Source of the DNA: Pelagibacteraceae bacterium AG-325-E13
GTDB lineage: Bacteria; Pseudomonadota; Alphaproteobacteria; Pelagibacterales; Pelagibacteraceae
Direction of reading: 5' to 3'
Assembly (NCBI GenBank): GCA_003282965.1
Contig: QBYF01000003.1
Span: 2,418-66,417 of the forward strand
DNA length: 64,000 nucleotides
The notes beneath the pieces were generated by a model that worked only from the letters and a program-made list of their open reading frames with translations, was not told the DNA's origin and made no database searches. A program made the translations under genes and the position numbers. This document shows, one piece after another, positions 10,910-22,117 of this stretch (the stretch's first letter is position 1; every line of letters begins with the position of its first letter).

Positions 10910-11347
10910 TTGAAACCTTTATTTAAAAAAGTTTGTATTGCATCGGATCATGCTGGTTACAAACTTAAAGAAGTCATTAAGAATTTTTTAATTTTAAAAA
11001 ATATTTCCATAATAGATTTGGGACCAATTAATGATAGCTCTGTTGACTACCCGGATTTTGCAAAAAGGGTATCAAATAGAGTTAAAACAAAAAAAAGTGA
11101 TATAGGTATATTGGTTTGTGGATCGGGGACTGGAATGGCAATAAGTGCCAATAAAGTTAAAAAAATTAGGGCTGCTGTATGCTATAATTTAACTTCTACG
11201 AGATTGTCTAGGCAACATAATAATGCTAATATTATAGCCTTGGGTTCAAGATTAACGAAAAAAAGCACTGCGTTAAAATTGATATCTGTTTTTTTAAGTA
11301 CAAAATTCGAAGGTGGAAGACACCTGAGAAGAGTTAAAAAGATATAA
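10910..11347 (+). CDS. rpiB: Ribose-5-phosphate isomerase B
   Basis: ASDHAG, DYPD, CGSGTG, RQHNNAN, FEGGRH. Confidence 0.96.
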   Translation: MKPLFKKVCIASDHAGYKLKEVIKNFLILKNISIIDLGPINDSSVDYPDFAKRVSNRVKTKKSDIGILVCGSGTGMAISANKVKKIRAAVCYNLTSTRLSRQHNNANIIALGSRLTKKSTALKLISVFLSTKFEGGRHLRRVKKI

Positions 11348-11349
11348 TA

Positions 11350-12651
11350 ATGTCTACAGCGATAAAGATAAATAAATTTTTGAATAATTTTTTTAAATCA
11401 AGTTTAAAAGACTCTGATAATGAGCTTTACCTATCTGTACAAGATGAATTCACTAGACAACAAAATCATATTGAATTGATAGCTTCTGAAAATATTGTTT
11501 CAAGAGCAGTTTTAGAGGCTCAAGGATCTGTTTTAACTAATAAATATGCTGAAGGCTATCCAGGTAAAAGATATTATGGTGGTTGCGAACATGTTGATGT
11601 TTCTGAGTCATTAGCAATTGAACGTGCTAAAAAACTTTTTAATTGTAAATTTGCTAACGTACAACCTCATTCAGGAGCTCAAGCTAATGGAGCGGTATAT
11701 TTAGCTTTGATTAAACCTGGTGACACAATATTAGGTATGAGTTTAAATTCCGGTGGACACCTTACACACGGAGCTAAACCTGCTCAATCTGGAAAATGGT
11801 TTAACGCAATTCATTATGATGTTGATAAAGAAACTGGTTTAATAGATTATGAAAATGTGGAAAAATTAGCATTAGAACATAAACCAAAATTAATTATTGC
11901 TGGAGGTAGCGCATACTCTCGCGTCATAGACTTTAAAAAATTTAGAAATATTTGTGATAAGGTAAATGCCTATTTTCTTGTCGATATGGCTCACTTTTCT
12001 GGTTTAGTAGCAGGTGGAGTTTATCCAAATCCAGTTGAGTATGCAGATGCTGTTACCTCAACCACTCATAAAGTATTGCGTGGGCCAAGAGGAGGAATCA
12101 TACTTACTAATAAAGAAGATTTAATTAAAAAATTTAATAGTGCAATTTTTCCAGGACTTCAAGGGGGGCCGCTAATGCATGTTATTGCCGCTAAAGCAGT
12201 TTGTTTTAAAGAAGCGTTATCCAATGATTTTAAAATTTATTCAAAAGATGTAATAAATAATGCAAAAACATTATCGAATAGATTAATTAAAAATGGATTT
12301 AAAATTTTTTCTGGTGGAACAGACACACATTTGATGCTCGTAGATTTAAGAGAATTAAATGTTACTGGTAAAGACGCTGAAGCCTCTTTAGTTCGATCAA
12401 ATATTACATGTAACAAAAATGGCATCCCTTTTGACTCACAAAGCCCAATGATTACTTCTGGTATTAGACTTGGAACACCAGCTTGTACGACAAGAGGATT
12501 TGGCACCAATGAATTTAATTTGATTGGAGATTTAATTTCTAAAGTAGTTAAAGGCTTAAGCAAAAATGGATCAAATAACTCAAAAATAGAAAAAGAAGTC
12601 CAAAAAGAGGTGATTGATCTTTGTTCATCTTTTCCTATATATAGTGATTAA
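11350..12651 (+). CDS. glyA: Serine hydroxymethyltransferase
   Basis: [33 protein letters not shown]. Confidence 0.98.
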   Translation: MSTAIKINKFLNNFFKSSLKDSDNELYLSVQDEFTRQQNHIELIASENIVSRAVLEAQGSVLTNKYAEGYPGKRYYGGCEHVDVSESLAIERAKKLFNCKFANVQPHSGAQANGAVYLALIKPGDTILGMSLNSGGHLTHGAKPAQSGKWFNAIHYDVDKETGLIDYENVEKLALEHKPKLIIAGGSAYSRVIDFKKFRNICDKVNAYFLVDMAHFSGLVAGGVYPNPVEYADAVTSTTHKVLRGPRGGIILTNKEDLIKKFNSAIFPGLQGGPLMHVIAAKAVCFKEALSNDFKIYSKDVINNAKTLSNRLIKNGFKIFSGGTDTHLMLVDLRELNVTGKDAEASLVRSNITCNKNGIPFDSQSPMITSGIRLGTPACTTRGFGTNEFNLIGDLISKVVKGLSKNGSNNSKIEKEVQKEVIDLCSSFPIYSD

Positions 12652-12667
12652 GAATTAAAAAATAACA

Positions 12668-13132
12668 ATGATTTGTCCATTTTGTAGAGAAAAAGATACC
12701 TCTGTGGTTGACTCTAGACCAACGGAAGATGGCACAGCAATTAGACGAAGAAGAATCTGTGCATGTGGTGGAGGACAGAGATTTACTACTTTTGAAAGAG
12801 TTCAATTCAGAGAACTAACTGTCATAAAAAAAAATGGAAGAAGATCACCTTTTGATAGAGAAAAATTAGCTAAGTCACTTTTCACAGCTTTAAAAAAAAG
12901 ACCAATCGATAATGACACTATAGAAAAAGTTGTTTCAAAAATTTCGAGAGAACTTGAGGAGCTTGGACAATCGGAAATTCAATCAAATACAATCGGTAAA
13001 AAGGTCATGGATGTTTTAAAAGAACTTGATAAAATTGCCTATATTAGATTTGCTTCAGTATACACAAATTTTAAAGAAGTTGGAGAATTTGAAGAGGTTA
13101 TTGAAGAATTACATGGCAAGTCAAAAAAGTAA
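12668..13132 (+). CDS. nrdR: Transcriptional repressor NrdR
   Basis: CPFC..VVDSR..IRRRR, RFTTFE, ATP cone, AYIRFASVY. Confidence 0.96.
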   Translation: MICPFCREKDTSVVDSRPTEDGTAIRRRRICACGGGQRFTTFERVQFRELTVIKKNGRRSPFDREKLAKSLFTALKKRPIDNDTIEKVVSKISRELEELGQSEIQSNTIGKKVMDVLKELDKIAYIRFASVYTNFKEVGEFEEVIEELHGKSKK

Positions 13133-14204
13133 AAGACCTAAATTAAAAAATTTTTTTTTAGATCTTGCTTTTCAAAATGCCAAGATCAATCTAGGAAAAA
13201 CTAAATTAAACCCATCAGTAGGCTGCATTGTAGTAAAAGATGAAGCAGTTATTTCATCAGGATATACATCTACTGGAGGAAGACCCCATGCTGAATATAA
13301 TGCTTTAAGACTAAAAAAGAATTTTAATAATTCAGATTTATATTTAACTATGGAGCCATGCACTCACTACGGAAAAACACCACCATGCACAAATCTAATA
13401 AAAAAAAAGGGAATAAAAAAAGTTTACTACTCATTTAATGATATAGATAAAAGAACAGCAAATAAGTCAAAGAGTGTATTAAATAAAAAAAATATTATAG
13501 TTCAAAAAATTCCGGTAAAAAATTTTAAAGATTTTTATGAAAGCTATTATGCTATTAAAAAAAATATATCTCCTCTTATTGATGCAAAAATAGCTATTTC
13601 AAAAGATTATTATACTATCAAAAAAGACTCTAAGTGGATTACAAATCATTTATCTAGAAAAAGAGTTCATCTGATAAGATCAGAATATGATTGTATATTG
13701 TCAACTTCAAAATCAATTAATAAGGATAATTCTCTTTTAAATTGTCGTCTTAGTGGTTTTAACAATAATAAGCCAGATCTAATAATAATTGATCTAAATT
13801 TAAAAATTAAAAAAACATTAAGATTATTTAAGTTATCAAAAAAGAGAAGAATTTTTATTATTACATCAAATACACAAAAAAGAAAGATTTTATTTTTTAA
13901 AAAAAGAGGCATTAAGGTTATCTTAATAAAATCTTTGAAAACAAAGTCTAATTTTATTTCATTATTTATGATTTTGAAAAAATATGGTTATAATAGAATT
14001 TTAATTGAAAGTGGATTGATTTTTTTGAATACATTGATAAAAAATAAGTTAGTTTCCAATTTATATTTGTTTCAAGCTGTAAAAAAATTAGGAAAAATTG
14101 GCATTAATAATTCAACAAATAAGTTTATTAGGAAAATGAATTTAAAAAATAAAATTAAAGTAAATCTAAATGGAGAAAATCTTTACAAGATCAAAATTAA
14201 ATAA
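13113..14204 (+). CDS. ribD: Riboflavin deaminase/reductase RibD
   Basis: [20 protein letters not shown]. Start moved to the in-frame ATG at 13113 to avoid a long overlap with nrdR. Confidence 0.92.
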   Translation: MASQKSKRPKLKNFFLDLAFQNAKINLGKTKLNPSVGCIVVKDEAVISSGYTSTGGRPHAEYNALRLKKNFNNSDLYLTMEPCTHYGKTPPCTNLIKKKGIKKVYYSFNDIDKRTANKSKSVLNKKNIIVQKIPVKNFKDFYESYYAIKKNISPLIDAKIAISKDYYTIKKDSKWITNHLSRKRVHLIRSEYDCILSTSKSINKDNSLLNCRLSGFNNNKPDLIIIDLNLKIKKTLRLFKLSKKRRIFIITSNTQKRKILFFKKRGIKVILIKSLKTKSNFISLFMILKKYGYNRILIESGLIFLNTLIKNKLVSNLYLFQAVKKLGKIGINNSTNKFIRKMNLKNKIKVNLNGENLYKIKIK

Positions 14205-14803
14205 TGTTTAATGGCATTGTATATAATCAAGGAATAATAAAAAAGATTAAAAGAAGTTCAAGATATGTTTCTGGAAGTCTTGTTCTTGAAATTGCATCAA
14301 ATATTAGATTTAAAAAAACTGACATTGGGGAGTCCGTTTCTTGTGATGGAGTTTGTTTAACATTAATAAGAATTAATAAGAAAACTTTTTCCTTCTATCT
14401 GTCTAAAGAAACTATTAAAAGATCAAATTTTAAATATGCAAAAATTGGAAAGATTATAAATATAGAAAAATCTATTTTACACGGACAAAAAATTTCCGGT
14501 CATTATGTTCAGGGACATGTTGATACTACAGCCAAAGTTAAATCTATAAATATTATTGATAAGTCTTGGCTAGTAAAGTTAGAACTTGATAATAAAAAAC
14601 TATATAAGTATTTAATTGATAAAGCTTCAATTTCCATTAATGGCGTTTCTTTGACTATTTCTAAAGTATCTAAGAAATATTTTGAAATTAATGTAATACC
14701 TCACACTCTAAAACTTACTAATTTAAGGAAACTGAAACCTAAAAACATAGTAAATATAGAATTAGATATATTTAGTAAATATGTATTAAAATTATCTAAC
14801 TAA
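14204..14803 (+). CDS. ribE: Riboflavin synthase alpha chain
   Basis: MFNGIV, GVCLT, GHYVQGHVD, IPHT. Confidence 0.95.
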   Translation: MFNGIVYNQGIIKKIKRSSRYVSGSLVLEIASNIRFKKTDIGESVSCDGVCLTLIRINKKTFSFYLSKETIKRSNFKYAKIGKIINIEKSILHGQKISGHYVQGHVDTTAKVKSINIIDKSWLVKLELDNKKLYKYLIDKASISINGVSLTISKVSKKYFEINVIPHTLKLTNLRKLKPKNIVNIELDIFSKYVLKLSN

Positions 14804-15864
14804 TGAAAAAAAACTCATTTTCACAAATTAAAGAAATTTTACAAGATGCTAAAAAAGGAAAAATGTTTATCCTTGTTGATGACGATGATCGAGAAAATGA
14901 AGGTGATCTTGTTATTCCAGGTTCAAAATGTGACTCCAAAAAAATCAATTTTATGGCTAAACATGGAAGAGGGTTAATATGCCTGGCTCTTACGACAACA
15001 AAAGTCAAAAAATTAAATTTACCTTTAATGTCTTCGGTTAATAAATCTAGAACTCAAACAGCATTCACAGTCTCAATAGAGTCTAAAAAGGGAATTTCTA
15101 CTGGAATTTCTGCTTTCGATAGGGCAAAAACTATTAAAGTAGCTATTAAACCATCTTCAAATAAAAATAGTATTGTTTCTCCAGGCCATGTCTTTCCTTT
15201 GGTTGCAAGAGATGGAGGTGTTCTTGAAAGAGCTGGTCACACTGAAGCTTCAGTTGATATTTCAAAATTAGCAAAACTAAATCCTAGTGCTGTTATTTGT
15301 GAAGTAATGAATGAGAATGGTACTATGGCTAGATATAAAGATTTAATTCCTTTTGCTAAAAAACATAAATTAAAAATTGCAAAAATAGAAGATTTAATCT
15401 CTTATCGTTTAAAAAATGAGAAACTTATTAGATATATTTCAAGTAAAAAAGTAAAAATTAAAAATTTTGGATATTTTAATTTAAAAACCTTTAAAAACAA
15501 GTTAGATGGCTCTGAGCATTACACTATCTCTAAAGGTAAATTTACTGCAAATAAAGCATCTAGAGTCAGAGTCATATCAACCAGTGTTTTAAATAATTTC
15601 TATAGCTTAAATAATGATAACTTTATAAATTCCTTAAAATATCTTAATAAGTTTAATAGTTTTGCTTTAATACTTATTAAAGGAAAAAATCTAAGTCCAG
15701 CGTCTGCTGAAAATAGTAAAATATTAAGATATTATGGTATTGGTGCTCAAATTATTAAAGAATTAAAATTAAGAAAGATGATACTAGTTTCAAGGTCAAT
15801 AAAACGCGTTATTGCTTTAGATGGTTATGGTATAAAAATTACTAAACAAGAAATTATGAAATGA
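14803..15864 (+). CDS. ribB: 3,4-dihydroxy-2-butanone-4-phosphate synthase with degenerate RibA-like C-terminal domain
   Basis: DDDDRENEGD, PGHVFPL, RAGHTEA, CEVMN; C-terminal YGIGAQI retained but Zn-binding cysteines absent. Confidence 0.93.
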   Translation: MKKNSFSQIKEILQDAKKGKMFILVDDDDRENEGDLVIPGSKCDSKKINFMAKHGRGLICLALTTTKVKKLNLPLMSSVNKSRTQTAFTVSIESKKGISTGISAFDRAKTIKVAIKPSSNKNSIVSPGHVFPLVARDGGVLERAGHTEASVDISKLAKLNPSAVICEVMNENGTMARYKDLIPFAKKHKLKIAKIEDLISYRLKNEKLIRYISSKKVKIKNFGYFNLKTFKNKLDGSEHYTISKGKFTANKASRVRVISTSVLNNFYSLNNDNFINSLKYLNKFNSFALILIKGKNLSPASAENSKILRYYGIGAQIIKELKLRKMILVSRSIKRVIALDGYGIKITKQEIMK

Positions 15865-16265
15865 AAAAAATTTGCATAGTAACATCAACATATAATCAGG
15901 CGATTACTTATGAATTGCGTAACAACGCTAAAAAGGTTTTAAAAAAAGTCGACAAAATTTCAGTAACAGATTTTGAGGTTCCCGGTGCGTTTGAAATACC
16001 AGTTATGATATCAAAACTCGCTAAAAGGTATGATGGATTTATTGCTATAGGATGTGTAATAAAAGGACAGACAAAAAATTTTGATTTAATTTCTCATGCA
16101 ATAACGGATGGTATTATGCAAATTTCTATTACTGAAAAAAAACCTATAGGAAATGCAATACTAACATGCTTTAACCAAAATCAGGCCAAAAAAAGATTTG
16201 ATAGAGGTGCCGAAGCTGCTAAAGCTGTAATCTTAGTATTGAAAAATGGATCAAAAAAAATATAA
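15861..16265 (+). CDS. ribH: 6,7-dimethyl-8-ribityllumazine synthase
   Basis: VPGAFEIP, IAIGCVIKGQT. Confidence 0.93.
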   Translation: MKKICIVTSTYNQAITYELRNNAKKVLKKVDKISVTDFEVPGAFEIPVMISKLAKRYDGFIAIGCVIKGQTKNFDLISHAITDGIMQISITEKKPIGNAILTCFNQNQAKKRFDRGAEAAKAVILVLKNGSKKI

Positions 16266-16644
16266 AAGTTTCTCTCCTAGGATTAAAGTTATTCAAAAAA
16301 TTTATGGATCCTTGATGAACCCCGATGAGGTAATTATTTACTCTAAAAATCAATACAAAAAATATATTAAAGATGTTGTGTCTGGGACATTAGAAAGAAT
16401 CGAACTAATCGAGGAGACAATTGTTAATAATCTTGAAAGAGATATAAATCTTAAAAAAACTGATAAGTTGTTGAAAATAATTTTATTTGCAGCAGTTTTT
16501 GAGCTTATGTATAAGCATAGTATTCCTAAAAAAGTTGTTATTAGTGAGTATGTTAAAGCTTCTGAGTTTTTTTTAGAAAAGGCTCAAATTAGCTATTTAA
16601 ATGCCATTTTAGACAAATTATCAAAACTTATAAGAAAAACCTAG
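16246..16644 (+). CDS. nusB: Transcription antitermination factor NusB
   Basis: PKKVVISEYV, YLNAILD; follows ribH. Confidence 0.88.
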   Translation: MDQKKYKSFSPRIKVIQKIYGSLMNPDEVIIYSKNQYKKYIKDVVSGTLERIELIEETIVNNLERDINLKKTDKLLKIILFAAVFELMYKHSIPKKVVISEYVKASEFFLEKAQISYLNAILDKLSKLIRKT

Positions 16645-16721
16645 ATGATTAACAATTTGTTTCAGATTACTAAAAGATTAACTTGCCTTTTTTTATTTTT
16701 TTTGGCATTTATCGCTTTTAG

Positions 16722-18824
16722 ATGAATAATTATTTAGAATTACTTTACTTAGTATCATTTACGGGCATTTTAGCTGTTGCTTACAGCTATTTACTGTCGG
16801 GACAGATACTTTCAGCCAGTCCAGGAAATAAAAGAATGCAAGAAATAGCTGAAGCTATACAAATAGGTGCTAAAGCTTATTTAAATCGTCAATACAAAAC
16901 TATTGCTGTTGTAGGAATTATTGTATTAGCAATTGTAACTTATTTTTTTAATTATCTTGTAGGTTTAGGTTACTTTATTGGTGCTTTTTTATCTGGAGTA
17001 GCGGGGTATGTAGGCATGCTAATTTCTGTTAAAGCAAATGTTAGGACAGCCGAAGCATCCAGAAAAAGTTTACAATCTGGTTTAACTATAGCTTTTAAAT
17101 CAGGTGCTATAACTGGATTATTAGTAGCTGGTCTAGCTTTGTTGGCTATTACAATTTATTATATAATATTAATTAAGTTAAACGTTGATAATAGAGAAAT
17201 TATCAATGCTTTAGTAGCTTTAGGATTTGGAGCTTCTTTAATTTCAATTTTTGCAAGACTAGGCGGTGGTATTTTTACTAAAGGAGCTGATGTTGGGGCG
17301 GATTTAGTTGGAAAAGTAGAGGCTGGGATTCCAGAAGATGATCCAAGGAATCCAGCGGTTATTGCAGATAATGTGGGTGATAACGTAGGTGATTGTGCGG
17401 GTATGGCTGCTGATCTTTTTGAAACATACGCAGTAACAATAGTTGCCACGATGGTTCTTTCATCAATATTTTTTCCATTAAATCTAAATTTAATGGTTTA
17501 TCCGTTAGCCATAGGAGGCTCTTGTATTATAACTTCAATAATTGGAACCTGGTTTGTAAAACTAGGAAAAAGTAAAAATATAATGGGAGCTTTATACAAA
17601 GGTTTCATTGTTACCGCTTTATCATCATTATTAATTTTGTATCCAGTTACTGACTCGATAGTTGGAATGGAAAAAGTTTATACAAATGACGGAATTACTT
17701 TTTCTGGATTAAATCTTTATATCTGTGGAGTTGTGGGTTTTATAATTACAGGTTTATTAATTTGGATCACAGAGTATTATACTGGTACAAATTATAGACC
17801 TGTTCAGTCTGTAGCTAAATCTTCAACTACAGGTCATGGAACTAATGTTATACAAGGTCTAGCTGTTTCGATGGAAGCCACAGCTATACCAGCATTAATA
17901 ATCGTATCAGGAATTCTGTACACAAACAATTTAGCTGGTTTATACGGGATTGCTGTTGCAGTTACAGCCATGTTAGCTTTAACTGGAATGGTAGTTGCTT
18001 TAGATGCTTACGGACCCGTGACAGATAATGCTGGGGGAATAGCAGAAATGTCTAAACTGCCTAAAAATGTTAGAAAAACCACAGATGCTCTTGATGCTGT
18101 TGGAAATACTACTAAAGCAGTGACAAAGGGTTATGCAATTGGTTCAGCTGGCTTAGGAGCTTTAGTTTTATTTGCTGCTTATACAGAAGATATAAAATAT
18201 TTTTCAACTGTAAAAGGCTCCGCTTTAGAAGGTGTTAATGTTACTTTTGATTTATCAAATCCTTTTGTTGTAGCTGGTCTTTTAGTAGGAGGAATGTTGC
18301 CTTATTTATTCGGTTCCATGGGTATGCAAGCAGTTGGTAGAGCCGGTGGTGCAGTAGTAATAGAAGTAAGAAGACAGTTTAAAAAAATACCTGGTATTAT
18401 GAAAGGTAAGAGAAAACCAGATTATGGAAGATTAGTTGATTTACTAACGAAGGCAGCAATTAAAGAAATGATAGTGCCTTCTTTATTGCCAGTTTTATCA
18501 CCAATAGTTTTATACTTTATAATTTTACAAATTGGTGGACTTGAAGCAGCTTTATCGTCACTGGGTGCAATGTTGTTAGGAGTAATAATTACCGGTCTGT
18601 TTGTAGCTGTTTCAATGACCGCAGGGGGAGGGGCATGGGATAATGCTAAAAAGTATATAGAAGATGGAAACTTTGGTGGAAAGGGATCGGAGGCTCATAA
18701 ATCAGCTGTGACAGGTGATACTGTTGGTGACCCATACAAGGATACAGCTGGTCCAGCTGTAAATCCAATGATAAAAATTACTAATATCGTAGCGTTACTA
18801 TTGTTAGCAGTCATTGCTCATTAA
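16722..18824 (+). CDS. hppA: Membrane-bound H+-translocating pyrophosphatase, probably K+-independent
   Basis: [23 protein letters not shown] (Lys determinant), [10 protein letters not shown]. Confidence 0.96.
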   Translation: MNNYLELLYLVSFTGILAVAYSYLLSGQILSASPGNKRMQEIAEAIQIGAKAYLNRQYKTIAVVGIIVLAIVTYFFNYLVGLGYFIGAFLSGVAGYVGMLISVKANVRTAEASRKSLQSGLTIAFKSGAITGLLVAGLALLAITIYYIILIKLNVDNREIINALVALGFGASLISIFARLGGGIFTKGADVGADLVGKVEAGIPEDDPRNPAVIADNVGDNVGDCAGMAADLFETYAVTIVATMVLSSIFFPLNLNLMVYPLAIGGSCIITSIIGTWFVKLGKSKNIMGALYKGFIVTALSSLLILYPVTDSIVGMEKVYTNDGITFSGLNLYICGVVGFIITGLLIWITEYYTGTNYRPVQSVAKSSTTGHGTNVIQGLAVSMEATAIPALIIVSGILYTNNLAGLYGIAVAVTAMLALTGMVVALDAYGPVTDNAGGIAEMSKLPKNVRKTTDALDAVGNTTKAVTKGYAIGSAGLGALVLFAAYTEDIKYFSTVKGSALEGVNVTFDLSNPFVVAGLLVGGMLPYLFGSMGMQAVGRAGGAVVIEVRRQFKKIPGIMKGKRKPDYGRLVDLLTKAAIKEMIVPSLLPVLSPIVLYFIILQIGGLEAALSSLGAMLLGVIITGLFVAVSMTAGGGAWDNAKKYIEDGNFGGKGSEAHKSAVTGDTVGDPYKDTAGPAVNPMIKITNIVALLLLAVIAH

Positions 18825-18825
18825 T

Positions 18826-19290
18826 CTATCTAGACCCGTACATCTTTTTCTTAACACTCTGCAAAAATGATTCAACAAAGCTTTTTTGGGATAAATCGTT
18901 ATCTGTGGTTTTTTTAGAAAATTTAATCTTGTTTAAATCGTCTTTATCATAAAAATCTTTAGTTTTTAATATTCCATATTTATCAAAATTAAGTATTAAC
19001 GTGTTATTAGTCTTTAATTCATGGCGACCTAATTTATGATACTTTCCTTTACTTAAAGTTCTCTCGATATATATCCATGTGTCATCCTCGGCAAAGTTTT
19101 TTGCATGAGGTTGGCCAAGTATCTTTATTACATCGTTTTTATTGCTTTTATTTATACTTAATTTTTCAGACCTATTATCTAAAAACAATATTCCATGATT
19201 TTTAGCAGGCTCTTGTAATTGGCAGCCTAATAAAATAAGAAACATAGAAAGAGTAATTATTTTTAAATGATATTTAAAACCAAAAGTCAT
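18826..19290 (-). CDS. bamE: Outer membrane assembly lipoprotein BamE/SmpA
   Basis: ATG is CAT at 19288-19290 and stop is CTA at 18826-18828, so - strand (track says +). Lipobox LLGC; K.DV..ILGQP..W.Y pattern. Real start may be the Met at 19245. Confidence 0.85.
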   Translation of the reverse strand: MTFGFKYHLKIITLSMFLILLGCQLQEPAKNHGILFLDNRSEKLSINKSNKNDVIKILGQPHAKNFAEDDTWIYIERTLSKGKYHKLGRHELKTNNTLILNFDKYGILKTKDFYDKDDLNKIKFSKKTTDNDLSQKSFVESFLQSVKKKMYGSR

Positions 19291-19761
19291 AATTTAGATC
19301 TTTACAACACATTATTGCAATTATCTAGGAATTTGTATTTTTATAGTAAAATCAATTTAAAAGATACATTTGAAACCAGGATATATCTTATGTTTGTTCA
19401 TTTTTCTATCATTCTCATAATATTTAAAATAAAAAAAATTGAATTTTCCCAAAAATCTTATGATAATTTGTTTTATGCTATTGAAAATAATTTACGTGAA
19501 TTGGGATTTGGGGATGTCGCTGTTAATAAAAAAATGAAAGATTTGAATAAAATATTTTATGATATTTTACTGAAGATCAATAATTCAAAAACTAATATTA
19601 AATTAAATGAAAATTTGATTATAAAGTATTTTCCTGATTTAAACGATTTAAACAGTAATAAATACAAGCTTTTTAATGATTATTTCATTAATTTTTATCA
19701 TTTTTGTTTTGAAATAAGTCCTGAAACCATGGTAAAAGATGCCTTAAAATTTAGAGTATAA
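19267..19761 (+). CDS. Ubiquinol-cytochrome c chaperone (Cbp3/UQCC1-like)
   Basis: [24 protein letters not shown] motif; usual neighbour of bamE in alphaproteobacteria. Confidence 0.85.
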   Translation: MIFKTKSHNLDLYNTLLQLSRNLYFYSKINLKDTFETRIYLMFVHFSIILIIFKIKKIEFSQKSYDNLFYAIENNLRELGFGDVAVNKKMKDLNKIFYDILLKINNSKTNIKLNENLIIKYFPDLNDLNSNKYKLFNDYFINFYHFCFEISPETMVKDALKFRV

Positions 19762-19763
19762 CA

Positions 19764-19937
19764 ATGGCTGTACCAAAAAGAAAAACATCAGTTTCTAAAA
19801 AAAAGATGAGAAGATCTCATCATAGAATTTCTGAAACTAATATAGTTGAAGATAAAAAAAGTGGTGAGTATAGATTGTCTCACCATGTCGATTTAAAGTC
19901 CGGTTTTTATAACGGAAAAAAAATATTAGATATCTAA
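19764..19937 (+). CDS. rpmF: 50S ribosomal protein L32 (Cys-free form)
   Basis: Not in the track. Translates as [57 protein letters not shown]. Confidence 0.95.
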   Translation: MAVPKRKTSVSKKKMRRSHHRISETNIVEDKKSGEYRLSHHVDLKSGFYNGKKILDI

Positions 19938-19946
19938 TCACTTAAG

Positions 19947-20984
19947 ATGAAAAAAAAAATTACTATTGCTATAGATGCAATGGGTGGAGAAAATGCTCCA
20001 AAAAAAAATATAGAGGGTTTAAATTTTTTTTTAAGTAAAAATAAATCTAATAATGATTTTATTATTCATTTATATGGAGATGAAAATGTATTAAAAAAAG
20101 AAATTTCAAAATTTAATATTTCAAATGATTTAATCAAAATTGTTCACACAGAAGCAGTTGTTTCAGACGAAGAATCTCCATTAACGGCAGTTAAAAATTC
20201 AAAAAATACAAGTATGTGGAACTCAGTAAAAGCCCAAATAGAAGGCGGGGCTGATATAAGTTTGTCTGCAGGAAACACTGGTGTTTTATTAGTAATATCA
20301 AGAATGATATTAAAGATGATGAAAGACGTAAGCAAACCTGCGTTAGCGGGTTTATGGCCTAGCAAAAAAGGTATGAGCGTTGTTTTAGATTTGGGTGCGA
20401 ATATAGAGTGTGATGATAAAAACTTAGTAGATTTTTCCGAGATGGGAGCAGCATTGTATAAATCTATATTTCCAAATCAAAAACCCTATGTATCACTTTT
20501 AAATATAGGGTCTGAAGAAATAAAAGGAACTGAAATGCTTAAAAAGGCATATTTAAAATTAAAAGATTTAAGTAACGAAAACAATTTTTTGTTTAATGGA
20601 TATATTGAAGGAAACGAATTAATGGATGGAAATTCAAATGTAATTGTAACAGATGGTTTTACAGGAAATATCGCCCTAAAGACTGCAGAGGGAACAGCAA
20701 AGTTCTTGGTTGATAATTTGAAGAAATCCTTATCAGAAAATATTTTTTCTAAATTTTCGTTAATATTTTCATACTTTTCGCTTAAAAAATTTAAGTCAAA
20801 AATTGATCCAAGAAAATATAATGGCGCAATCTTTTTAGGACTTAACGGTCCAGTTGTTAAGAGCCATGGTTCAACCGATTCTATTGGTTTTTATCATTCA
20901 ATTGATTTATGTTATAAGATTATAAAAGGAAACTTGATGGGTCAAATCAGAAATAATTTAAACCATTTAGATGCCAGAGAATAA
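19947..20984 (+). CDS. plsX: Phosphate acyltransferase PlsX
   Basis: IAIDAMGGE, SAGNTG, LDLGAN, DGFTGNIALK, KSHG. Confidence 0.96.
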   Translation: MKKKITIAIDAMGGENAPKKNIEGLNFFLSKNKSNNDFIIHLYGDENVLKKEISKFNISNDLIKIVHTEAVVSDEESPLTAVKNSKNTSMWNSVKAQIEGGADISLSAGNTGVLLVISRMILKMMKDVSKPALAGLWPSKKGMSVVLDLGANIECDDKNLVDFSEMGAALYKSIFPNQKPYVSLLNIGSEEIKGTEMLKKAYLKLKDLSNENNFLFNGYIEGNELMDGNSNVIVTDGFTGNIALKTAEGTAKFLVDNLKKSLSENIFSKFSLIFSYFSLKKFKSKIDPRKYNGAIFLGLNGPVVKSHGSTDSIGFYHSIDLCYKIIKGNLMGQIRNNLNHLDARE

Positions 20985-21270
20985 GAATCTTAACTTAACT
21001 AAAAAAGATATATCCAAAAAAATAAATTTAAGAACTGGTTTACCTATTTCATACACAAATAAAATCACCAACGATTTTATTGATATATTGAAAACGCTGA
21101 TACGTGAAAAAGAGACAAATATTAAAAATTTTGTAACTTTTAAAATTGTAAATAAAAATGAACGATTAGGACGTAATCCAAAAAATAATAAAATTTACAA
21201 GATTAAAGCGAGAAAATCTTTAAGTATTACTGTATCAAAAAATTTGAATGATAATATAAAAGATCTCTAA
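20971..21270 (+). CDS. ihfA: Integration host factor alpha / HU-family protein
   Basis: LTKKDI, ERLGRNPK; position between plsX and the MerR gene. Confidence 0.8.
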   Translation: MPENKNLNLTKKDISKKINLRTGLPISYTNKITNDFIDILKTLIREKETNIKNFVTFKIVNKNERLGRNPKNNKIYKIKARKSLSITVSKNLNDNIKDL

Positions 21271-21629
21271 TGGTAAAATTAATTAACATAACTGAATTAA
21301 CAACTTTATTAAATTTAATTAATTCTAAAACTAGAAAACCATCTAATTATATTTTAAGATATTGGGAAAAAGAGTTTAAACAAATAAAACCAACCATAAT
21401 TAAAAATAGACGGTATTACTCGGAAAAACAGGTTAATAATATCAAATTAATAAAATTTTTATTAAAAGATAAAGGTATGACGGTAAATGGAGTAAAAAAT
21501 CTACTTAAATCAAATATAAATAGCCTTGACGATTATAATTCATATAGTTTAAAAGCTGATTATCTTAAAAAGAATATTAAAGATAAAACTAAGAATATTT
21601 TAGAGAAAATAAATAAATTGAAGAAATAA
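21270..21629 (+). CDS. MerR-family HTH regulator
   Basis: ILRYWEKEF..RRYY..GMTV. Confidence 0.85.
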   Translation: MVKLINITELTTLLNLINSKTRKPSNYILRYWEKEFKQIKPTIIKNRRYYSEKQVNNIKLIKFLLKDKGMTVNGVKNLLKSNINSLDDYNSYSLKADYLKKNIKDKTKNILEKINKLKK

Positions 21630-21630
21630 A

Positions 21631-21822
21631 ATGGCTAAGAAAACACATCTTAAAGTTAGAATGGTTCCAGAGAGTAATCCGGATAGTAAATTTATCTATT
21701 ATGCAAAAAAGCCTACCAAAGGTGAGAAAGTAAAAAATAAATTGAAATTAAAAAAGTACAATCCCAATACTAGAAAACATGAATTTTTTATAGAAAAAAA
21801 ACTCCCGCCACATAGTAAATAA
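21631..21822 (+). CDS. rpmG: 50S ribosomal protein L33
   Basis: KLKLKKYNP..RKH..F.E. Confidence 0.9.
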   Translation: MAKKTHLKVRMVPESNPDSKFIYYAKKPTKGEKVKNKLKLKKYNPNTRKHEFFIEKKLPPHSK

Positions 21823-21823
21823 T

Positions 21824-22105
21824 TCATTTTTTTTTGAAATTTCTAAACTCATACTCAATATAAGCCTTAATCATAGCTGTCCAAATTTTAACTGTTATCT
21901 TCGGGTCTATTCCATTTTTTTTTGATTTACTTGAGATTTTTTTTAATATTATAGAAATTCTTTTTTTATCAACTATGTCTTTCTTGAATCTTTTATTTTT
22001 TAAAACTTGTTTTACCAAATAGGTTCTCTTCTTTATTAATCTAAGAAATGAATTGTCAAGTATATCTAATTTTTTTCTTATTTTTATAATATTTTTATTA
22101 ACCAT
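21824..22105 (-). CDS. Chorismate mutase (AroQ type)
   Basis: IRKKLDILD..LIKKR, IVDKKR. Confidence 0.8.
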   Translation of the reverse strand: MVNKNIIKIRKKLDILDNSFLRLIKKRTYLVKQVLKNKRFKKDIVDKKRISIILKKISSKSKKNGIDPKITVKIWTAMIKAYIEYEFRNFKKK

Positions 22106-22117
22106 AGCGACATTAAG

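Noticed and set aside
13026-13112. Upstream TTG start for ribD
   Set aside because: Would overlap nrdR by more than 100 nt; ATG at 13113 is more plausible.
18826-19290. + strand label in the ORF track
   Set aside because: The listed protein is encoded by the reverse complement (CAT at 19288-19290, CTA at 18826-18828); annotated as -.
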